Below, one piece after another: positions 58,220 through 64,000 of a DNA stretch of 64,000 nucleotides (position 1 is its first letter; each line of letters opens with the position of its first letter). The DNA is from Christensenella sp. UBA7584. GTDB taxonomy: Bacteria > Bacillota > Clostridia > Christensenellales > UBA1242. The stretch is taken from positions 13,420 to 77,419 of the forward strand of contig DLKQ01000013.1 in the NCBI GenBank assembly GCA_002477805.1, read 5' to 3'. The notes under the pieces were generated by a model that made no database searches, was not told the origin of the DNA, and worked only from the letters and a program-made list of their open reading frames with translations. The position numbers and the translations under genes were made by a program.

Positions 58220-58924
58220 ATGAATGAACTAATTATCGAAACATTTCACAAAAACGGCTTAGAATTAACTTTAGAGCAAGCAAATTTATTCAATATTTAT
58301 CTAAATTTACTTTTAAAGTACAATCAAGAGTTTAATTTAACCGCAATTACTGACAAAAAAGAAATAATTTTAAAGCATTTTGTTGACAGTTGTCTATTAA
58401 ATGATACTTTTAAGCAAGGGTGTACAGTGTGTGATGTGGGTTCTGGAGCCGGATTTCCCGCGATTCCGCTAAAAATACTACGACCTGATTTAAAAATAAC
58501 AATGATAGACAGTTTAAACAAACGAGTTGAATTTTTAAAAACCGTTACAAATCAATTAAATCTAAGCGATATTACGGCGTTTCACTCTCGTGCACAGGAA
58601 TTTTGTGCCAGTAGTAGGGAAAGTTTTGATTACACAACCGCTCGTGCAGTTGCGCCTCTTAATATTTTAAGTGAGCTCTGCTTGCCTATTACTAAATTAG
58701 GTGGTGCGTTTGTAGCGTTTAAATCTCAAGACGCAGAAAATGACATAAAAAACGCAGAAAACGCAATCAATATTCTGGGAGGGAAAATAGCAGAAATTAA
58801 ACAAATCACCTTAAAATCAGATACAGAATTTTTTGTACGAAAACAAATAATTATCGAAAAAATTTCACCAACACCAATACAATATCCAAGACTAAAAGAT
58901 AAAATCACAAAATCACCTCTTTAA
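58220..58924 (+). CDS. rsmG: 16S rRNA (guanine527-N7)-methyltransferase RsmG
   Basis: NLTAITDKKEIILKHFVDS and the SAM motif VCDVGSGAGFPAIPLKI. AAGAGG RBS. Confidence 0.9.
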   Translation: MNELIIETFHKNGLELTLEQANLFNIYLNLLLKYNQEFNLTAITDKKEIILKHFVDSCLLNDTFKQGCTVCDVGSGAGFPAIPLKILRPDLKITMIDSLNKRVEFLKTVTNQLNLSDITAFHSRAQEFCASSRESFDYTTARAVAPLNILSELCLPITKLGGAFVAFKSQDAENDIKNAENAINILGGKIAEIKQITLKSDTEFFVRKQIIIEKISPTPIQYPRLKDKITKSPL

Positions 58925-59504
58925 CCTCACCAAATAAATTTAAAAATAATTAATAAAACAGGATTAAATTGAGAAATAAAAAAATATAACTTTTTTGAAA
59001 AAAGTTATGAAAATAAATTTCTTTTTTATATAGGACAAATATTACTATTAATTTACTAATTAAAAAATTTAATCGCAAATTTGCAATTCATTTAAAAAGC
59101 TTTAACTATAAAAATATTATATATTAAAACCTTAAATCAATTTTATTAAACCGTCATCTTTAATTGGCGGTTTTAACTTTAACGTAAAATTATATTTTTT
59201 ACATAATTATTTTATTTTTAATTAACAACAACATCATATTCACCACATAAATTTAGAGATAGATAAAACTAAATCTTAATTAAAATATATAATACTTAAT
59301 ATTGTGTTTTACATCTCATTTACTTTTGATGTATAAGCCATAAATAGTTATTCAATTATCTTGTTTATATTTTATTGTATTTTTATTTATTAGTTATAAT
59401 TAATTTAAAATTACATTAAGTGATGGATACTAGTAATATTACATTCTTTCCTAATTTTTAAAACATTTCTTACCATATATTCAATTATTCTTGCAAATAT
59501 ATTA

Positions 59505-59520
59505 TGTTTCGTACGAAACT
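59505..59520. promoter_or_regulatory. parS-like palindrome, copy 1 (TGTTTCGTACGAAACT)
   Basis: A perfect 14-bp dyad GTTTCGTACGAAAC at 59506-59519. The outer arms equal the parS arms; the central ACGT is replaced by GTAC. Confidence 0.5.
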
Positions 59521-60033
59521 TATTCATAAAACAAATTCAAAAGTCTTATCCAATCATAAAATAATTTCAAAATAATATTGGATTTAGAATAAATAATATT
59601 TTATTTAAACAAAAAGTGAAAAGTAAAATCAAAATAAAAAAAACAACCCCACTAAATACTAAATTGAAATAATTTTTAGATAGTAATTAATTCTATATTG
59701 TTATAATGTGGAATTAATTTATTTTCACAAAATAATATGATTAACAAATTGTAATAATATGATTAAATATAATATAAATAGTTAAATATTGTGATACAAT
59801 ATAACATAATTATTTATATAATAATAAATGATAAGATGTTTTATTTGATAATTAAATAATCATTTCCTTATAAAAAGGTTATAAAAACAATAATAAATCA
59901 AGTATAAACAATGTAAAAACTTTTTAGGAAATTAAAACACTATTAAATAATGACACTAAAAATATTATTATTTAAATTCTAGTGTTTAAAAAAGTGAAAT
60001 TAAATCATTAGATAAAAATCAAAACAAACATTT

Positions 60034-60049
60034 AGTTTCGTACGAAACA
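60034..60049. promoter_or_regulatory. parS-like palindrome, copy 2 (AGTTTCGTACGAAACA)
   Basis: The identical 14-bp dyad at 60035-60048, 529 bp from copy 1 and ~450 bp upstream of parA. Confidence 0.5.
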
Positions 60050-60103
60050 AAAAAATAAAATTAACACATAAAATACAGAATAAAAAAAGAAAATGTTAAT
60101 TTT

Positions 60104-60150
60104 AACCATAAAAAACAACAATTTTTAGTGTTTTTTATGGTTATTTTTTA
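60104..60150 (+). terminator. Strong terminator-like hairpin inside the AT-rich gap
   Basis: AACCATAAAAAACA-acaatttttag-TGTTTTTTATGGTT has a 14-bp perfect stem and is followed by ATTTTTTA. Confidence 0.5.
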
Positions 60151-60496
60151 CATTTAATAAAAACCCCAATCATTAAACAAAAATTAAAAGACAAAACAAC
60201 TTCTAAAAAATAGCAAGCTTTCACAAAAAACAACAAACAAAAAATTATTTAATAAGAAGGACAAAACTTTTTATAGACTTTTAATAAATTAAATACGAAC
60301 AAAAATAAGCAAAGACAATTTTACTGAAAGTAAAATGTTTTCACTTGTAAAACTTTTAAGGTTTAATATGTTTTAAAAAATAAAAACAGAGTAAAAAAAT
60401 TAAAACAAAATTACCGCTTTATATAAAAATATATGCAAATTTGATTGCTTTTTTATTTGTTTTATTTTATAATAAGTATGAGAAGGAGAATGGATA

Positions 60497-61315
60497 ATGG
60501 GGAAAATAATATCATTTATAAATCAGAAAGGAGGAGTTGGTAAGACAACAACTTGTGTCAATCTTGCAACATTTTTAGCTGCTTATGGGAAAAAGGTGTT
60601 GATAATAGACTTAGACCCTCAGGGTAATGCAACCACAGGAGTTGGAATAGATAAAAATCTAGAGATGAACACATTCTATGATATATTACTTGATGAGTGT
60701 ACAATTAAAGAAGCTATAATACAGACCAAATTTAAGAATCTATCAATTCTTCCTAGTAATGTTGATTTAGCAGGTTCAGAAGTAAGTTTAGTTCAAAGGG
60801 AAAATCGTGAAAAGGTACTAAAAAATATTATAAGTACAATTAAAAACGACTACGATTATATTGCTATTGATTGCCCACCTTCACTTGGATTGTTGACAGT
60901 AAACGCACTTACCGCGACCGATACTATCATAATTCCAATTCAATGTGAATTTTATGCACTTGAAGGATTAAGTCAGTTAATGAATACAGTTAAACTTGTA
61001 AAAGAATATCTCAATAGCAGTATTGAAATAGAAGGTGTAGTGCTCACAATGAAAGATAATCGAAGCAACCTTGTAAATCAAGTCGCAAAAGAAATTAAAG
61101 CTTTTTTTGGAAGGAAAGTGTATGACACAGTTATTCCAAGAAATGTAAGACTAGCTGAAGCACCAAGTCACGGATTGCCAATATTTGTTTACGATAATAG
61201 GAGTACAGGTTCTATTGCATATCAAGACTTAGCGATTGAGTTTTTAAAAAGAAATAAAGACACAGGGAAATTAATTAATCCAAAAGAACTGGTAAAAGGA
61301 GATAAAAATGTCTAA
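60497..61315 (+). CDS. parA: ParA/Soj chromosome-partitioning ATPase
   Basis: Deviant Walker A NQKGGVGKTTT, plus IIDLDPQGNAT and IAIDCPPSLG. AAGGAG RBS. Confidence 0.95.
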   Translation: MGKIISFINQKGGVGKTTTCVNLATFLAAYGKKVLIIDLDPQGNATTGVGIDKNLEMNTFYDILLDECTIKEAIIQTKFKNLSILPSNVDLAGSEVSLVQRENREKVLKNIISTIKNDYDYIAIDCPPSLGLLTVNALTATDTIIIPIQCEFYALEGLSQLMNTVKLVKEYLNSSIEIEGVVLTMKDNRSNLVNQVAKEIKAFFGRKVYDTVIPRNVRLAEAPSHGLPIFVYDNRSTGSIAYQDLAIEFLKRNKDTGKLINPKELVKGDKNV

Positions 61316-62387
61316 GTACGGTTTAGGAAGAGGTTTAAGTTCATTGTTTGCAACATTTGAAAAACAAGAACCAAAAAAGGAAGAGTCAAGGGTTAAGGAA
61401 GTAAAAAAAGTTGAATCACAACCAAACACAGAAAGCGATGCACTCAAAAAAGCAAAAAATCTTTTAAATAATAGTACCATAAACACACCACTTAAAGACA
61501 TAAACGAAACTGTTGAGCGCACGAGCTATTTAGACGAAAAACAAGCGCTCGCAAAGAAACTCAGTAAAATTGAGCACGAAATACCACGCGCAAGGGAAGT
61601 AGAAAATGAAAGCGTTACCGAACTTGAATTAAGTAAAATTGAGCCAAATGTTAACCAACCACGAAAAGCTTTTGATAAAGAAAGCTTACAAGAGCTAAGT
61701 TCATCAATCAAACAGCACGGCGTAATACAACCAATAATCATTGTTCAGAAGGGTGAAAAATATTCTATAGTAGCGGGTGAACGCCGATATAGAGCAGCAA
61801 AAATGGCTGGACTAAAAACAATACCAGTAATTATAAAAAACTACTCTACTAAAGAAATAAAAGAAATCGCACTAATTGAAAACTTACAAAGAGAGGACTT
61901 AAACCCAGTAGAAACAGCATACGCGCTAAGGCAATTGATTGAGGAATACCAGTTCACACAAGAAGAAGTAGCTGATAAAATTGGCAAAACAAGAACTGTA
62001 GTTACAAACTTTTTAAGAATACTAAAGCTTGAGCCTGAAGTACTTTCTATGGTTGAAAAAGGAAAATTAACATTTGCGCACGCAAAAGCTCTTGTAAGCA
62101 TTAACGATAGAGAAACACAAATTAAACTAGCCAAAAAAGCAAGTGACGATAAGATTAGTTCTAGAGAACTAGAAACAATTGTTCAGGAAATAATTAACCC
62201 AGAAAAAGTTAAGAAAAACAAACAAACTGTTGGCTTGGAAATAAAAAATCTGGTTAGTCGTATGCAATATGTGTTCGGAACAAAAGTTAACGTAATCGGT
62301 TCAGACAAAAGAGGTAGAATTTATATTGACTACTTTAATCAAGATGACCTTGATCGAATCGCTGGACTGATTGAAAAATTAAATTAA
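61308..62387 (+). CDS. parB: ParB/Spo0J with an ~85-aa insertion after the N-terminal ParA-interaction peptide
   Basis: GLGRGLSSLF at the N-terminus, PNVNQPRKAFD, arginine patch GERRYRAA and an HTH region. 359 aa against the ~280 typical. 8-nt overlap with parA. Confidence 0.9.
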   Translation: MSKYGLGRGLSSLFATFEKQEPKKEESRVKEVKKVESQPNTESDALKKAKNLLNNSTINTPLKDINETVERTSYLDEKQALAKKLSKIEHEIPRAREVENESVTELELSKIEPNVNQPRKAFDKESLQELSSSIKQHGVIQPIIIVQKGEKYSIVAGERRYRAAKMAGLKTIPVIIKNYSTKEIKEIALIENLQREDLNPVETAYALRQLIEEYQFTQEEVADKIGKTRTVVTNFLRILKLEPEVLSMVEKGKLTFAHAKALVSINDRETQIKLAKKASDDKISSRELETIVQEIINPEKVKKNKQTVGLEIKNLVSRMQYVFGTKVNVIGSDKRGRIYIDYFNQDDLDRIAGLIEKLN

Positions 62388-62714
62388 ATAAGTGATATAT
62401 TTCTGCTTATGAAGACAATATTCAAAAAATGGCATAACTCTTTAATCCTATTTGTTAGACTATAGACTCTATATTAAAGAATCAAACTATAAGTGTAATA
62501 AAACAACAAAATAATATAATACTTTCTAACTATGCGCATAATATAATTTTAATAAAAATTGGTTTTATAAGTTAAAGATTTACTTAAGTTTCACACCCGC
62601 ACAAACTCCTTAGAATAACCCCAATTTCTATGGACTTTTACCCAAAAAAAACTTTTTTCTATTTTTTGATGCAAAAACTATATAATACTTACAATTTCAA
62701 GTAGTATGCGCTGA

Positions 62715-62855
62715 ACTAAAATTGTTTTCCGATTTGTATTTTATTTAATTTTTATGTTTGTTAGGCTCAAAACAAACATATCATAAATGAGAAAATTAAA
62801 TCTATTTATCAGTAAACCTAAACAAAACAAAAAAATAAGGACACGAACCACATAG
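62715..62855 (+). repeat. Intergenic repeat family, copy B (~140 nt)
   Basis: Starts ACTAAAATTG and ends CCACATAG. Collinear with copy A, except that A has a ~28-nt insertion. A terminator follows 13 nt downstream. Confidence 0.7.
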
Positions 62856-62867
62856 TGAAAACTCAAA

Positions 62868-62906
62868 AGAAAAAAGAAAGAAATATAAAATTTCTTTCTT
62901 TTTATT
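62868..62906. terminator. Bidirectional intrinsic terminator (ends jag; closes repeat B)
   Basis: AGAAAGAAAT-ataaa-ATTTCTTTCT has a 10-bp stem with A/T-runs on both sides. A second small hairpin, AAGCG...CGCTT, lies at 62914-62931. Confidence 0.7.
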
Positions 62907-62969
62907 TGTTTTAAAGCGGTAAAATACGCTTTTTACAACTTTTTTACATTAAAATCTACATAATTACTA

Positions 62970-63449
62970 CTATTTTATAAAGATTTTCACAAATCTTCTT
63001 GGTTCTCTTCCAAAACTTTCACTAACAACTCGTCCATCTTGTAAAACAATATCGTGTACTGCAAACCTTTCGTATGCATTCATATAATCCAAGCTAATTG
63101 GTTTTGCTGTTTTTAGACATTTTTCTATTGCGTTTTTCACTTGCTCTTCTAATTTTTGCATTTTATTTTTGCGATAATCAGCTACATCAATTAATATCTT
63201 TTTCACAAAATCAGTACTAGATTTTGTTAGATTATTTAAAAGTGTTTGAATTGCTTGAATATTTTCACCGCGTGTACCTATTAATAAACTTGCTTCTGAT
63301 GAATTTATTTGCAAAATTATTGCTTTCTCTGTTTCAAATTTTGTTATTTTCGCTGAAATATTCATTAAATTAAATAGATTTGTTAAAAATTCTACCGCGA
63401 TTTCCACTCTATCTTTTAATTTTTCTTGATTTTTTACTAAATTTTCCAT
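62970..63449 (-). CDS. jag: Jag/KhpB-type RNA-binding protein (KH and R3H domains; short form)
   Basis: LLIGTRGENIQAIQTLLN is KH-like. ERFAVHDIVLQDGRVVSESFGREPRRFVKI is the R3H domain. Sits next to yidC. GGGGGTG RBS. Confidence 0.8.
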   Translation of the reverse strand: MENLVKNQEKLKDRVEIAVEFLTNLFNLMNISAKITKFETEKAIILQINSSEASLLIGTRGENIQAIQTLLNNLTKSSTDFVKKILIDVADYRKNKMQKLEEQVKNAIEKCLKTAKPISLDYMNAYERFAVHDIVLQDGRVVSESFGREPRRFVKIFIK

Positions 63450-63636
63450 TTTTCACCCCCGTCTAAAATGCGATGAGAAGCAAAAGTTGTTTTATTTGTG
63501 AGGAATAATTCATTCAATTTATTACCACTTTTAAAGTAAAATTTACATATTTCTAAGCATAAATAGTAAAATTTAGCTAATTTCTAATGATTTTTTATGT
63601 TTTTTATTACATTTTTAATCAATTTTACAATTTTTA

Positions 63637-64000
63637 CTATCTACTATAATCAGGTCTATTTTTTGTTGTAATAGTTACTTTTTGTTTTTTCTCTTGTTTT
63701 TCAAAAATTTTAAGACATACAAAAGATATTATTGTTGCCATAATTGAGTTTGTCACAATGTAAAGCGCAAACACAGCACTGTAACCAATTGTAAAAATTA
63801 TCATAATGATTGGAAGAATAAATTTCATAATCTTCATAGCTTTTCCTGGATTTGCAGGATTTTCCATTTCTTGGTTTCGTTTTTGCTTTTTACTTGATTG
63901 CATTTGCGAAATTGTTACTGAAAGATAAGTCACAACTGCAGCTAAAATTACTAAAATAAAGTATCCGTTCCAAGAAGAATATTCTTGCTGAAGGTTGTAA
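63637..64000 (-). CDS. yidC: Membrane protein insertase YidC, C-terminal part (5' end lies outside the window)
   Basis: The frame is open to the window edge. MKIMKFILPIIMIIFTIGYSAVFALYIVTNSIMATIISF matches the conserved YidC C-terminal TM region and is followed by a basic tail. Confidence 0.8.
   Translation of the reverse strand, partial: YNLQQEYSSWNGYFILVILAAVVTYLSVTISQMQSSKKQKRNQEMENPANPGKAMKIMKFILPIIMIIFTIGYSAVFALYIVTNSIMATIISFVCLKIFEKQEKKQKVTITTKNRPDYSR

Larger units (their letters stand above)
58925..60496. other. 1.57-kb extremely AT-rich region with no ORF of 60 aa or more, between rsmG and parA
   Basis: No ORF-track entry on either strand. By eye it is overwhelmingly A/T. It occupies the position where Bacillus carries noc. 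Confidence 0.9.

Noticed and set aside
59731-59766. Direct repeat AATAATATGATTAA x2 with 22-bp spacing (iteron-like)
   Set aside because: Thirteen of the 14 bases are A/T in a region that is almost pure A/T. My rough estimate of the chance expectation is about one such repeat, so it is not reported as a site.
58925-60496. AT-rich gap as the chromosomal replication origin
   Set aside because: Only scattered 7/9 matches to the DnaA box are present (e.g. TTATCCAAT at ~59546). There is no cluster of good boxes and no adjacent dnaA. The AT-richness alone is not enough.
1-64000. CRISPR arrays, tRNA/rRNA genes, transposases, integrases or prophage blocks
   Set aside because: No regularly spaced direct repeats, no cloverleaf-like GC-rich segments and no recombinase or transposase motifs were seen in any ORF. 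None is reported.

Overview
Low-GC Bacillota chromosome segment using genetic code 11. Spo0A, YyaC and a BclA-like collagen protein point to a Clostridia-like endospore former. The yidC-jag, mnmE-mnmG-rsmG and parA-parB genes place it in the origin-proximal neighbourhood. About 33 protein genes are supported. Most are housekeeping: znuBC-like ABC transporter, argS, rpmG-secE-nusG-rplK-rplA, polA, spo0A, cvpA, yyaC, glyQS, tex, degV, thrS, a DUF1538/P-II operon, mnmE, mnmG, rsmG, parAB, jag and yidC. rpmG is shorter than 60 aa, so it is missing from the ORF track and was found by hand. I saw no rRNA, tRNA, CRISPR array, transposase or integrase. All calls come from reading motifs by eye; no alignments or HMM searches were run.

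The items most worth a second look:
1. An 18.7-kb gene for a 6,225-aa lipoprotein built from Ig-like segments and six capped GLUG-type beta-helix modules.
2. A 1.57-kb, extremely AT-rich, ORF-free gap between rsmG and parA. It carries two identical 14-bp palindromes, GTTTCGTACGAAAC, which have parS arms but a non-canonical GTAC core.
3. A family of three ~140-nt intergenic repeats. All are in the same orientation, and each ends 13-19 nt before an intrinsic terminator.
4. An accessory-looking block at 1.9-10.4 kb holding a stand-alone SF1B helicase-nuclease fusion, a processive GT2 with a long disordered tail, a three-module collagen/BclA-like protein and an orphan protein.
5. A double zinc-ribbon protein with a poly-Asp/Glu tail.
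6. A tandemly duplicated hairpin/mini-ORF module.

The window also has unusually many long intergenic regions (over 400 bp) for a bacterial chromosome.
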